Made by a program: the position numbers and the translations under genes. Below, piece after piece: positions 49,087 to 59,212 of a stretch of 64,000 nucleotides of DNA. The notes under the pieces are model-generated. The model was not told the origin of the DNA. It did no database searches and saw only the letters and a program-made list of their open reading frames with translations. Within the stretch, counting starts at the first letter, position 1; every line of letters begins with the position of its first letter. The stretch comes from a virus: IMG/VR virus record IMGVR_UViG_2795385957_000001. One strand, given 5' to 3'.

Positions 49087-52000
49087 TGCCACGGTCTTTC
49101 GACCGAATCCCGCTGCCGTTCAACGACCCTAACCAGGGGCTCGAGTTCCATATCGGCACCGCTTTCCAGCAAGGGCTGGAAATGTGGAAGGCAATCATCG
49201 ATGGAATCATTGAGTACACCGAAAGCCTGATCAAGGAACTCATTCAGAAGCTCCTGGGCTTGGATGTTGACCCGGAGCAGGCGCTCGAGGATCTGTGGAA
49301 TCTACTCACCGGCTGGGTAGATGACATCCCGATCATCGGCGACATCATCGAGATCATCAAGGACTTCCTGAACGGGAACCTGTTCGGGCGTGACGGATTC
49401 ATTCTGTCGAACCTGATTCCGGCGTTGTCGTTCAGCTGGATCACCGATGAGCAGCCCAACCTGTTGGTGGCGGGCAATTTCCAGGACGGCGCCAGCATCG
49501 CTGACAACCCGTACTGGACCTGGGAGTCCGGTGTCACGCATAGCGCGGACAGTTCAGGCAGTGTGAAGGTCACCGCGAATGGTGTCACGAAAGCGTTGCG
49601 GTCCAACGAGATACTTGCCAATCCTGGCCAAACCATGTCGCTGGAGATGTGGGTTAAGTGGTCCGGGTACACGGGTACCAATTCGCCGATCAAGTTGCAG
49701 ATGGTCGAGTTCTCCGGCCGCGGGGATAGCGCTGTGCAGGTTGGGGTTGAGGACGTTGCAGCCCTGAACCCCAACACGTCAACGGGGGATTGGCGTCAAA
49801 TGGTGGGGAACTACACCGTTCCCGATGGTGTGCATGCGGTGCGTGTGCGGATCCTTGTCAGCAAGGATGCCACCTCGGGTGTTCTGAACTTTGATGACGG
49901 TGTTGGTAAGAAGACCAACAAGATTCAGCAGGGCTGGATCGACGGGTTGTCGAACACTTTCCAGGAAGTGCTGTCTCGGTGGCAGTTGATTATCGACACC
50001 GTAGTCAACGGGATCACGGGCTCTAACAACGCGTTACACACCCTTGAAGATCTGTTCGAGGCTGTCACTCATATCCCGTTGTTCAAGATCCTCGGCTTCG
50101 GTGGCCCGGGGGATGCGAACACAACGTTCGAGGAGTTCCTTTCACATCTTCTCGGGGGCATGTCGGGGTCGACTGACCCGAACTCCAATGGTGGGTTCGC
50201 TGACCTGTTCAATGTCGCCAAGCTTTTGCAGACCGCCGCGGCGATGGGGGAGAGCGCCTTCCAGATCCTCTCGATCCGCAACAACACCCCCGTCAACACC
50301 GGTTTGTTGCCGTCGGGGCGGTCGAACTACGGCCTGACCAGCGTCAACACCACCCTCTCTGCCACACAGAGTTCGTCGCTGATCGCGACAATGCGTGTGG
50401 AGCAAGACATCGCTTTGGGTGTGGTGTCGTGGCTTGGTTGTGGCACCAGCGGTATCACAGCGTTCTACGTCAACATCTGGAAACTCGACGGGGTTTCCGG
50501 GGACTGGGCTTTGGTGCATCACTCGCCGAACATCCTGTCCGAGTTGACCGCCGGTACTACACCGAACTGGACGTTCTACCAGCTCGACACCCCAGTAGAT
50601 CAGAAGGCGGGGGAAACCTACGCCTACGAACTCGTCCCCGTCGGCGGAACCCACAGTGTCCGCGGTATTTCCACCACAGACGATATTCCTGATCACCCGT
50701 TCGCGCAGGTCGTTGGCTTGGCGGCGACACGGGATAACTCGTCGTCCCCGAACACACCTCCCTCGACCATCGCCAAGTCCAGTGTCGTCCGGTCCGGGAA
50801 CATCCCGTGGATCGAAACAGCCATCGACACCGGCAACGGTGTGGGCTACTACGACCCCATCTCGGTGTATGTCGTTGACGATGGCGATATTCCGATCCCG
50901 TCATGGTGCAACTTCGTAGACCCAGGATGTGTTGGTGCGGGCGGCGGCGGACAGATGGGTCTGACGCTCGGATTTCACGGCGAGCCCGGCACGCCAGGCC
51001 TATTCAAGGCCACAACCTGGCAGCGCGGAGTGCACTTCGGCGACAACGCAGTACTGCACTTCACAAAGGGTATTGGTGGGCTAGGTGGCCGTCCCGGTCA
51101 CGATGACGGCGAGGACGGCACCGCTAGCGTCTGGTCTCTGCCCGACTACACCCTCACCGCAGAGGGTGGTATCGGCGGCACGGAACTACAACTTGGATCT
51201 AATCCCATCGGTCGTGGCCCGGGAACTTTTGAATACAAGGGCGAGAAGTACGTTTGGGGCGCGGACCAGAATGTTCCCGGCCGCGACGGCGTCTCAGCGG
51301 GTGGCGCCGGAAACGGCGGCAACGGACTAACGTTCCAGAACGGCGGTAAGGGAGCTGACGGCGCCGGACGGGTGAGGTTCCGGCAGAACCCGCTTGAGGG
51401 TGAAGAAGTCATCGGCGGCCCCGGCCAAGTCCTGGTTCCCAGCATCGAATCCACCGCCTCACTGGGCACACCCACCGTGTCGGGTGGGTTGTCTTTGCTT
51501 CCGCTGGAGGATCAGGCCGCTATCGACGCGATCGTGGCCGCGAACCTGACAGCCCCCGGTGCCACTTTGATGATCCAATCTCCGGACGGCTACTACGAGA
51601 AGGCGTACGGCAAGGTCTCCACCGCAGCCGGGGCGAGAGACGTGACCCTGGACGATCACTTCCGTATCGGTTCGTGCACAAAGTCATTCACCGCGACCAT
51701 GATCTTGCAGGCAGTTGATCGTGGCTTGTTGTCGTTGGATGACCCGCTGGAGAAGTTCCTTCCCGGGGTTCCGGGCGGCACCAAGATAACGGTCCGCCAC
51801 ATGATGTGTCTGCGGTCGGGTCTGTTCAACGAACAAACCGACCTCGGCATGATGATGCGCTACTTCCTGATGCCGACCTCTGACTGGACGGACGAAGAAA
51901 CACTCGCGATCGTCAAGCAGCACGAGCCGTCCTTTGAACCTGGCCAAGGTTGGGCGTACGTCAACTCCAACTACTTCCTGCTGGGAATGATCGTTTCGAT

Positions 52001-53210
52001 CGTCAACGGCCGCCCCACGAGAGACGTGCTGCAGACGGACATTCTGGATCCGCTGGGTTTGACGCAAACCAGCTGGCCCACCACCGCTAAGATGCCCGAA
52101 CCGTATGCGAACGGACACGCCTGGGCCACCGGTATTTTCGGTGGCGGGGCATGGCAGGACGCCACCGAAACCGGGCCGGGATATGCCAGCGCTGCCGGTG
52201 TCATGATTTCCACCGCCCACGATCTGCTGCTGTGGGCCAAGGAATTACGCGACGGAACTCTGCTGAGTCCTGAACTGCATGAGCTGAGAACAAAATGCTA
52301 CTGGCCTGTCCCGTGGGGCAATGACGATCAGCTGACCTATTTCGGATACGGGCACGGCATGTTCGAGCTCGGCCAGTGGCGCGGCCACGGTGGGTCGTGG
52401 CGCGGCTACGAAGTCTCGGTCTACTACCTGCCGAACGGCACGTTGTTCGCGATGTGTGAGAACGCCCAGACCCCGACCGTTGAGGTTGAGGTGTCGATGA
52501 TGTTCAAAATCGGCAAGTACCTGTACCCGGATTCTCTGACGGTCCCTGATTATCAGGCGAATCGAGTGTTCGGTATCCCGTCGAAAGCTTCGGTCGGTAA
52601 ACCGATCGTCGGCAGTATTGATGTCAAGTTCGACAACAAGAGCACCGTGGGCACAAGCCAGGCGACGATCCCGGAATTCACGCTGGACCCCGAAGCGAAC
52701 ATTGTGTTCGCCTATATGGCAACGCAATCCGGCATAGACATGTCTGGGGTGACGGCGAAAATCGGTGGCGTCACCATGAACAAACTGCCGGTTATCTCCA
52801 ATGGATCTAACCGGCTGGTGGTGTGGTGGCTGCTCGATCCCCCCACGGGGGCTAGGTCTATCAACCTGATCGGCACACCGTATGGATCGAACTATGCAAC
52901 CGGTGCGGCATCCTACAAACTGGCCGCACCTGCAGGGATTGAAACACCCGTGATCACTCAGGGTTACAGCGCATCCCCATCGGTCAGTGCTTCCACCAAT
53001 AGCCACGGCAGGATCGTCAACGCCTTCCTGTACGGGGGTCAGACCAGCGCCTACAACCAAACCGAGCGTGGACATTTGGATGCCGTCGTGTTCGGTGCCG
53101 GTCTGATATTCGGTGACGCCCCAGGCGGTTCGGTGACGTTCACCCAAACCCTCACAGCTGCCGCCCCATGGATCGGTATCGCGATCCCCATCGTCTCCAA
53201 CGCGGAATAG
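49086..53210 (+). CDS. Large minor tail protein with Gly-rich region and D-Ala-D-Ala carboxypeptidase (serine beta-lactamase fold) domain
   Basis: FRIGSCTKSF (SxxK), YVNSNY (YxN), GHGGS. Confidence 0.88.
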   Translation: MPRSFDRIPLPFNDPNQGLEFHIGTAFQQGLEMWKAIIDGIIEYTESLIKELIQKLLGLDVDPEQALEDLWNLLTGWVDDIPIIGDIIEIIKDFLNGNLFGRDGFILSNLIPALSFSWITDEQPNLLVAGNFQDGASIADNPYWTWESGVTHSADSSGSVKVTANGVTKALRSNEILANPGQTMSLEMWVKWSGYTGTNSPIKLQMVEFSGRGDSAVQVGVEDVAALNPNTSTGDWRQMVGNYTVPDGVHAVRVRILVSKDATSGVLNFDDGVGKKTNKIQQGWIDGLSNTFQEVLSRWQLIIDTVVNGITGSNNALHTLEDLFEAVTHIPLFKILGFGGPGDANTTFEEFLSHLLGGMSGSTDPNSNGGFADLFNVAKLLQTAAAMGESAFQILSIRNNTPVNTGLLPSGRSNYGLTSVNTTLSATQSSSLIATMRVEQDIALGVVSWLGCGTSGITAFYVNIWKLDGVSGDWALVHHSPNILSELTAGTTPNWTFYQLDTPVDQKAGETYAYELVPVGGTHSVRGISTTDDIPDHPFAQVVGLAATRDNSSSPNTPPSTIAKSSVVRSGNIPWIETAIDTGNGVGYYDPISVYVVDDGDIPIPSWCNFVDPGCVGAGGGGQMGLTLGFHGEPGTPGLFKATTWQRGVHFGDNAVLHFTKGIGGLGGRPGHDDGEDGTASVWSLPDYTLTAEGGIGGTELQLGSNPIGRGPGTFEYKGEKYVWGADQNVPGRDGVSAGGAGNGGNGLTFQNGGKGADGAGRVRFRQNPLEGEEVIGGPGQVLVPSIESTASLGTPTVSGGLSLLPLEDQAAIDAIVAANLTAPGATLMIQSPDGYYEKAYGKVSTAAGARDVTLDDHFRIGSCTKSFTATMILQAVDRGLLSLDDPLEKFLPGVPGGTKITVRHMMCLRSGLFNEQTDLGMMMRYFLMPTSDWTDEETLAIVKQHEPSFEPGQGWAYVNSNYFLLGMIVSIVNGRPTRDVLQTDILDPLGLTQTSWPTTAKMPEPYANGHAWATGIFGGGAWQDATETGPGYASAAGVMISTAHDLLLWAKELRDGTLLSPELHELRTKCYWPVPWGNDDQLTYFGYGHGMFELGQWRGHGGSWRGYEVSVYYLPNGTLFAMCENAQTPTVEVEVSMMFKIGKYLYPDSLTVPDYQANRVFGIPSKASVGKPIVGSIDVKFDNKSTVGTSQATIPEFTLDPEANIVFAYMATQSGIDMSGVTAKIGGVTMNKLPVISNGSNRLVVWWLLDPPTGARSINLIGTPYGSNYATGAASYKLAAPAGIETPVITQGYSASPSVSASTNSHGRIVNAFLYGGQTSAYNQTERGHLDAVVFGAGLIFGDAPGGSVTFTQTLTAAAPWIGIAIPIVSNAE

Positions 53211-53220
53211 GGAGAACCTT

Positions 53221-53619
53221 ATGGTCAACGCTTTGTACGACAAGGCCCGAGAAGCATTCCTTAAGGGCGACCTCGATTGGGAAGTACATAACTTCAAAGT
53301 CTGCGGAGTGGACGCCACCTACACCCCCAATGTCGCAACCCATCAGTACCTTTCGGACCTCACGGGGATTGTGTGCACATCCTCCAACCTGTCCAGCAAG
53401 TCGTGGACTGCTGGTGTCGCTGACGCTGCTGATGTGGTATTCCCGACCGTCACGGGTGCAACGATCGTGCGCTGGATCATCTACCAAGACACCGGAACCG
53501 CGGGGACATCGCAGCTTGTCGCGTTATACGACACAGCATCCGGGTTGCCAACCATCCCCGATGGCACCAACATCACCGTCACCTGGGACAACGGGGCTAG
53601 TCGGATCTTCCGCATCTAG
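53221..53619 (+). CDS. Minor tail protein
   Basis: DAADVVF, PDGTNITVTW; similar to 54858-55295. Confidence 0.75.
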   Translation: MVNALYDKAREAFLKGDLDWEVHNFKVCGVDATYTPNVATHQYLSDLTGIVCTSSNLSSKSWTAGVADAADVVFPTVTGATIVRWIIYQDTGTAGTSQLVALYDTASGLPTIPDGTNITVTWDNGASRIFRI

Positions 53620-53621
53620 CT

Positions 53622-54842
53622 ATGGCTGGTGTAACCGGCTGGTGGGCCGAAACATTCATCGAGACTACGGGCGCAACACTCACGCTCACTGGCGGGCGCC
53701 CACAGGTCACTGCAACGCAAGACAACCATATCTCCCCAACTCCGGCAGTCATAACCGTGACCGGCGGGCGACCAAGTGTGGACGGCCCGCCAATCCAACC
53801 CACTCCAGCCCAGCTCACGATTACCGGCGGGCAGCCAGGCATCAGGGTGGGCACCGTCGTTGCCCCAACAGCTGCCGGATTGACGATTACCGGCGGTACC
53901 CCATCGATTGTTCAGTCCCAGAACAACATAGTTTCCCCGGCTGGCGCATCGGTGACTATTACTGGTGGACGGCCCGTGGTGACTACGGGACCGATCGTGA
54001 CACCTACCGCTGCGGCTGTGACCGTCACCGGGGGCACTCCGTCGCTCGCTGCACAGATAGCCCCGACGCCCGCCACTGTGACCATTACAGGCGGACGCCC
54101 ATTGATAGATGTTCGGTACCCTCCACCTGCCGCGTCTCTGACCATCACGGGTGGACGCCCGGTTATCGATACGCGGGTGGCGCCCGCTGGGGCCTCTGTG
54201 ACCATTACGGGCGGAACGCCTGTGGTCACAACCATCCACACCGTGTCCTTTGTTGGCGCCAATGGAAATGCGAGCAGTTCGGTCACTATCCCGACTCATC
54301 AAATCGGCGACTTGATTGTTCTGTTCGCGTACAACCCGTTCTCAACATCTGCTCCCACGAAGCCATCGGCGGGCGGCACGGTACCGGACTACACCTATAT
54401 CGACAACGCCAACAGTGGTAGCGGCTCGGGCTGCGCTACCGCATATTTCAAGGCCACTGCGACCAACACAACGTCTGGTTCCTGGGGTAGCGCTTCACAC
54501 ATGATCGCGGTGGTGATACGGGATCAAAACGCATCCTCGCCGATCGGTGGTCATGCCCGAGCCGCTGGAACTGGCGCCTCATCCACTGCGCCGTCGGTGA
54601 CATTGACCCACACAGACGGATCCTCGGTGCTGCTGCATTTCCATGGGCACGCCAGCTTGGGGGCGGGCGGATGGGATGCCGCGCCAGCGGGATACACGCG
54701 CCAGGCGTCATCTGGTTCTGCGTTCGGTTCGGCCTCTGCATTCAACACCAAGAACGTGACCACCACCGATGGATCTGTGGCTCAGACGGGTGGGCAGTCC
54801 GGCCAGAACTACGCGGCAGCAACCGTCGAAATCATCAACTAA
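53622..54842 (+). CDS. Minor tail/fibre protein with T(I/V/L)TGG.P repeats
   Basis: About 9 repeats followed by a beta-rich C-terminal domain. Confidence 0.8.
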   Translation: MAGVTGWWAETFIETTGATLTLTGGRPQVTATQDNHISPTPAVITVTGGRPSVDGPPIQPTPAQLTITGGQPGIRVGTVVAPTAAGLTITGGTPSIVQSQNNIVSPAGASVTITGGRPVVTTGPIVTPTAAAVTVTGGTPSLAAQIAPTPATVTITGGRPLIDVRYPPPAASLTITGGRPVIDTRVAPAGASVTITGGTPVVTTIHTVSFVGANGNASSSVTIPTHQIGDLIVLFAYNPFSTSAPTKPSAGGTVPDYTYIDNANSGSGSGCATAYFKATATNTTSGSWGSASHMIAVVIRDQNASSPIGGHARAAGTGASSTAPSVTLTHTDGSSVLLHFHGHASLGAGGWDAAPAGYTRQASSGSAFGSASAFNTKNVTTTDGSVAQTGGQSGQNYAAATVEIIN

Positions 54843-54857
54843 CGAAAGGACACCCCA

Positions 54858-55295
54858 ATGACTGCAGGAACATGGACGTATCCCACTGCGGCTCGGAAGA
54901 ACGTCATAGACGGCACGTTCGATGTGGACTCCGACACCTGGCGAGTTGCCCTGGTAACCGCTTCGTCCAATATTGGTGCATCAACCACCACATGGGCTGG
55001 TGTCACCAATGAAGTGGCGAACGGAAATGGTTACACCACAGGCGGTGTCGCTGTATCGCTCACCATCGGTGGAACGACCAGCCCGTCCGTAACTTTCGCC
55101 ACCAACCCATCGTGGACTGCATCCGGCGGCAGTATCACGGCCCGCTACGCGGTTCTCTACGAGCTGGGCGGCAACGTGATGTGCTACGTGCTCTTAGACA
55201 ACACCCCTGCCGATGTGGTGACTACCAACGGCAACTCTCTCACGATTGATGGCGACGGAACTCCTTCATCGATCTACACGGTGACATTCGCTTAG
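54858..55295 (+). CDS. Minor tail protein
   Basis: DSDT..VAL, GNGYTTGG, WTASGGSITARYAVLY. Confidence 0.78.
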   Translation: MTAGTWTYPTAARKNVIDGTFDVDSDTWRVALVTASSNIGASTTTWAGVTNEVANGNGYTTGGVAVSLTIGGTTSPSVTFATNPSWTASGGSITARYAVLYELGGNVMCYVLLDNTPADVVTTNGNSLTIDGDGTPSSIYTVTFA

Positions 55296-55312
55296 CACTC
55301 TCACCTCCTTGT

Positions 55313-55339
55313 GGGCCTCGCTAGTGCGGGGTCTTTTTT
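55313..55339 (+). terminator. Intrinsic terminator before the lysis cassette
   Basis: GGGCCTCGC-TAGT-GCGGGGTCT followed by a T run. Confidence 0.7.
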
Positions 55340-55358
55340 AATGCCCGAAAGAGGTCGA

Positions 55359-55520
55359 ATGTTATCTCAACTGCTGCGGTACCCCGCCTTCTACGCCGCT
55401 ATCGGGTTGGCGGGGTTCGGGTTCGGGATGTGGCTCCGGCCCAAGCTCAAGCTGCAGACCGTATGGGTCAGCGCCTTGTATGGGCGTCCCGGCCTGGATC
55501 CACGCATAGGGGATATCTGA
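55359..55520 (+). CDS. Small membrane protein
   Basis: 53 aa, one TM segment, RBS GAAAGAGG. Confidence 0.65.
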   Translation: MLSQLLRYPAFYAAIGLAGFGFGMWLRPKLKLQTVWVSALYGRPGLDPRIGDI

Positions 55521-55579
55521 TGAACTGGTTGCGCCGCAAGATCAATGAGTGGCTGGCCGCTATCTGGTGGTCGTACTGA
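55520..55579 (+). CDS. 19-aa amphipathic microprotein
   Basis: MNWLRRKINEWLAAIWWSY; TGATG overlaps at both ends; RBS AGGGGA. Confidence 0.6.
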   Translation: MNWLRRKINEWLAAIWWSY

Positions 55580-56997
55580 TGCCGCGGGTCGTGTATGGGA
55601 ATTCGTTCTCCGAGAACGGGTGGCCCATGGTCAATTCCGAGGAGTGCACCTGGGTCACCGTGCCTGGCACGTCGGTTAGTCTGCAGATTCAGAACGGGCA
55701 GCCGTTGGCGATACTGCGGGCATTCGCCGCGGACTTCAACGCCTACGTTGAACCGCTGCGCGATCCAGACTCGGCATGCTGGACGCCCACCAACTCGGTG
55801 CCAACATCGAACCATCTGAGTGGTACGGCATGCGATTTCAACTGGAACGATCACCCATTCCAGGTGAGCTACGCCGGATTCTCATCCAGAGAGACGGCGA
55901 CAGTCCGGGAACTGCTCGACTTCTACGAGCAGACCGTCTTCTGGGGGCAGGACTGGCAGTCCCCGAAAGATGCCATGCACTTTCAGGTCGGCTACAACAC
56001 CTACCAGAATCCGCACACCGCGGACTTCATCGCCCGGAAGATCCGCGCCGACGGATTCTCTACCTTCCGGCGGAGTAACAAGCCGAATGGTGGCGCCCCC
56101 ATCCTCGCCGCCGCTACCGGCCTGTCCGAGGCGCGTTCAGCCGAGATCCTGCCCGCAGTGTCCGATGGGCTCAAGGCCAGCCAGTGCACGAACGTCAATC
56201 GGATAGCGATGTGGCTGGCGCAGGTCGGGCACGAGTCGGTGAGCTTCAAGTACACCGAGGAGATTGCCAAGGGCGGGCGCTACGCGCCGTATATCGGGCG
56301 TACGTGGATACAGATCACATGGGACTACAACTATCGCGCATTCTCAGAATGGTGCTTTGAACGGGGTTTGGTGCCGACTAGGGACTACTTCGTTGTGAAT
56401 TACCGGGAGCTGGCCGACTTGAAGTGGGCCGGCCTCGGCGCCTCTTGGTACTGGACCGAGCAGCGTCCAATGAACGCACTCACAGATGCCGGTGACAGCG
56501 CGACCTGGAAAGCGGGCTCAATCACCTACCGGGGCTTCGAAGCGGTCACCGCTGCCATCAACGGCGGCACCAACGGCCTGGCGGATCGCCGCGACCGATA
56601 CAACCGCGCCCTACTTCAAGGCGAGGCGCTGCTGCAACTTCTCAATCAGGAGGAAGACGACATGTTTACCGACGACGACCGCAACCTTCTGCGGCAGGTG
56701 GCCGGAGTGCGGCGCCCGTCGCTCTCGCCGCTACGTCACCTCGATGAAGGCGATGTCAACACGTGCGCCGGGTTCGCATGGACAGCGGACGGACTAACCC
56801 ACCCGCAGTTCGTGGCAATGGCCGCCAAGTACGGGCACATGGACAGCATCCGCCTCTTGGGTGAGGTGGCTGGAGCCGACCCCGTGAAGTACCCCGACCG
56901 GCAAGAGGACGCAGCCCTGGCCAAGGCGATCCTCGCCGATGTCTACGCCGCCAACCCCGCCGCCCTTCAGCGGTTCGTTGCTCAGAACGGAGCCTAG
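55579..56997 (+). CDS. lysA: Lysin A (M15-like peptidase plus GH19 glycoside hydrolase)
   Basis: SENGWP, SNHLSGTACD, D.MHFQ; LAQVGHES, GRTWIQIT..NY, INGG.NGL.DR. Confidence 0.92.
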   Translation: MPRVVYGNSFSENGWPMVNSEECTWVTVPGTSVSLQIQNGQPLAILRAFAADFNAYVEPLRDPDSACWTPTNSVPTSNHLSGTACDFNWNDHPFQVSYAGFSSRETATVRELLDFYEQTVFWGQDWQSPKDAMHFQVGYNTYQNPHTADFIARKIRADGFSTFRRSNKPNGGAPILAAATGLSEARSAEILPAVSDGLKASQCTNVNRIAMWLAQVGHESVSFKYTEEIAKGGRYAPYIGRTWIQITWDYNYRAFSEWCFERGLVPTRDYFVVNYRELADLKWAGLGASWYWTEQRPMNALTDAGDSATWKAGSITYRGFEAVTAAINGGTNGLADRRDRYNRALLQGEALLQLLNQEEDDMFTDDDRNLLRQVAGVRRPSLSPLRHLDEGDVNTCAGFAWTADGLTHPQFVAMAAKYGHMDSIRLLGEVAGADPVKYPDRQEDAALAKAILADVYAANPAALQRFVAQNGA

Positions 56998-56999
56998 AA

Positions 57000-57440
57000 A
57001 TGAAGTACACCCCTAACACGATCTTCCGTGCCGTTACGGCATTCGTGGTCGCATTCGGTGGCGCCGCCGCGACCGCCGCCCAGGGCGGCGATTTGGCCGC
57101 CATGGATATCGGTGGATGGCTGACTGCTATCGGCTCAGGACTCACGGCCGCAGGCGCGCTGTTTGTGCGCCCCTCAAAGGGCGGCGACCCCGTGGAGGCT
57201 GTAACCACGAGCCTGTCCGACGCGCTCGTTAAAGCTGATGAGGCCCGCAACCACATCGGATCTGTTATCGACGAAGCGCAGGGCAAGGTCAGCGATTTCG
57301 TCAGGACCACAACTGCTGCCATTGGGCAGGTTCAGCAGACGATCGGCGGTGTAGGCGCGGCCGGTGTAGGCGAGACCCTCGCGCTGCCCGACGACGCTGA
57401 AGCCATCATCAATGGGGTTATCCGGCGAGCTCAGAAGTGA
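57000..57440 (+). CDS. Holin-like membrane protein
   Basis: Two TM segments, between lysins A and B. Confidence 0.75.
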   Translation: MKYTPNTIFRAVTAFVVAFGGAAATAAQGGDLAAMDIGGWLTAIGSGLTAAGALFVRPSKGGDPVEAVTTSLSDALVKADEARNHIGSVIDEAQGKVSDFVRTTTAAIGQVQQTIGGVGAAGVGETLALPDDAEAIINGVIRRAQK

Positions 57441-58405
57441 TCCTCACCCTCGGTTCTCACGGGGATGTAGTAGCGAGGTGGCAGCGGGTCATGTTGGCCC
57501 GTTTCGCCTCCTACGCAAAAGCTGCTGACGGGGGACCACTGAAGGTCGACTCGTATTTCGGGTACGACGACCAAGCGGTCCAGAAGGAATACCAGCGCCG
57601 CACCGGACAGGTCCAGACGGGCGAGGTTTCTCAAGCGGATCTGGTGAAGCTGGGTTTGACGCCGCTGTTCTTCACGGTCGAGGGCCATCTGTCCGACATG
57701 TTTGTCGGGCCTTGCGCTTTCGTGGCCTCCACCCTTGAGCGTGAAGGGCGGGCGGTGTGGCGGCCGACCGGATACGACAACGTACGGCTGCCGTTCAACA
57801 ACCAGTCCGGTGTGGACGAACTCGTGAACCGTTTGGACACGAAGCTGTTTGATGACGGCACACCATTCCCCGAAGGAACGCCGTGGAATCTGGCGATCTT
57901 CAGCCAGGGTGCGATGGTTGGCTGCGAGGTCATGGAAAAGCATGTTCTACCCGTCAATGGCAGGTTGCATTACCGGCTGAAGGACTTCCGCAAGGGCATA
58001 GCTTTCGGGAACCCCTACCGCCTGATCAACCAGTGCGCCCCTTGGGTTCCCGACCCGCCCCAGCCCAACACTCAGGGGATCATGGACTGGCACTTTGACT
58101 TCCTGAAATACCCCGAGCTGGCGGGGAAGTGGCAAGAGCATGCCCGCACCCGCGACTGGTACGCCGAGAACCGGTTGGATGAAGCCGGGGTCAACATGAC
58201 AGCGATAGCCCGCATAATCACCCAATCCTCGTGGACCGGTGGGGCTTCCTCGATAGTGGCCCGAATCATGGACCTCTTCATCAACCCATTCGACGGGCTG
58301 ATCGACATCGTATGGGCCATCGTGCGGACCTTCCAAGGCATCGCCCATCTGGAAGCCCACGGGACGTACGACCTGAATCCAGTCCTCGACTGGTTCCGCG
58401 CTTAG
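57437..58405 (+). CDS. lysB: Lysin B (peptidoglycan-binding domain plus cutinase-like esterase)
   Basis: LGS.G..V..WQ, FSQGA, FGNP.R, DWYA, H..Y. Confidence 0.9.
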   Translation: MILTLGSHGDVVARWQRVMLARFASYAKAADGGPLKVDSYFGYDDQAVQKEYQRRTGQVQTGEVSQADLVKLGLTPLFFTVEGHLSDMFVGPCAFVASTLEREGRAVWRPTGYDNVRLPFNNQSGVDELVNRLDTKLFDDGTPFPEGTPWNLAIFSQGAMVGCEVMEKHVLPVNGRLHYRLKDFRKGIAFGNPYRLINQCAPWVPDPPQPNTQGIMDWHFDFLKYPELAGKWQEHARTRDWYAENRLDEAGVNMTAIARIITQSSWTGGASSIVARIMDLFINPFDGLIDIVWAIVRTFQGIAHLEAHGTYDLNPVLDWFRA

Positions 58406-58620
58406 CCCCTAAGCCAACGCTGCACCGTGTTGGTGGATCGGTTAATTAGCGCGGCAATCTCCCGCACTGAGCCTCCGGCGGCTTTCGCTTCACGGACAGC
58501 GGCGCGGAGGTCTTCTGTGGCCATGTCGGCTTGTGTGGCGGCTGCGAGCAGCCTGGATCGTTGAGGCTCGGGGGTTTCTCCCCGCCTCAACGCTTTCCAT
58601 CCAACTGAAGGTCGGCCCAT
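58402..58620 (-). CDS. Small HTH protein
   Basis: AAVREAKAAGGSVREIAALINRSTNTVQRW. Start uncertain. Confidence 0.7.
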   Translation of the reverse strand: MGRPSVGWKALRRGETPEPQRSRLLAAATQADMATEDLRAAVREAKAAGGSVREIAALINRSTNTVQRWLRG

Positions 58621-58760
58621 GCCTTCAGGAGGTCTGTGTACTTTTCGTATGGAACAACGATTGCCACCGGCTTTTCGTCGCCGACGGCGATCGGGTAGTC
58701 ACTCCCACCCTTGATCGCTTTCCACAGGTTATCTATGTCGATTTCCGGCAAGTCTGGCAT
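58587..58760 (-). CDS. Phd/YefM antitoxin-like small protein (57 aa)
   Basis: MPDLPEIDIDNLWKAIKGGSDYPIAVGDEKPVAIVVPYEKYTDLL...; -10 TACAAT lies 6 nt before the ATG. Confidence 0.6.
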   Translation of the reverse strand: MPDLPEIDIDNLWKAIKGGSDYPIAVGDEKPVAIVVPYEKYTDLLKAWADLQLDGKR

Positions 58761-58907
58761 GTCTCGATTGTAGCGCTTATCGCTACGGTGCAGGGAACTA
58801 GCTCACCGTACCGCGCCCATCTATTTGATGTATCCGGCGTCGCGGACAAAATAGCCCGCCGCCTGCGTGTTTCTAACTTATCCACAACCTAATCGGGGAG
58901 GGCTCCC

Positions 58908-59150
58908 ATGGCTTTACATCCATCTGATTGGGCGTGGATCACTATGGCTGCTGGGATCGTCGCCTACGAGATAGCTTGCCCACCTGGGGAGCTGCTGTCG
59001 GACGCCACTACACGCTACGGGCAGTCCCACATGTTCCTCAGCTCAGCGGTGATCGGGGTAGTGGCAGTGCATCTGCTGCGCACCACCGGTCTGCTGCGGT
59101 TCATCCCTGAACAGCTTGACCTAATCCATTTGTTGGCTTCACTGAAATGA
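58908..59150 (+). CDS. Membrane protein (lysis region)
   Basis: AW...IVAYE...GELLS; RBS GGGGAGG. Confidence 0.75.
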   Translation: MALHPSDWAWITMAAGIVAYEIACPPGELLSDATTRYGQSHMFLSSAVIGVVAVHLLRTTGLLRFIPEQLDLIHLLASLK

Positions 59151-59212
59151 GAGGACACCGCTATGTCTGCATGTGAGTTATCCAGGAGCACTGCGGCGGC
59201 GGGTACTTCGCG

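Noticed and set aside
50115..50131. SOS-box-like GCGAAC-N5-GTTCGA
   Set aside because: Wrong spacer length and located inside a tail gene.
51500..52540. Beta-lactamase resistance gene
   Set aside because: The domain is embedded in a virion tail protein with no signal peptide, a known mycobacteriophage arrangement.
52245..54421. Long ORFs 52245-53318 (-) and 53168-54421 (+)
   Set aside because: Alternative frames over clear tail genes in high-GC DNA, with no recognisable motifs. The same applies to 36593-37573 (-) over the capsid gene.
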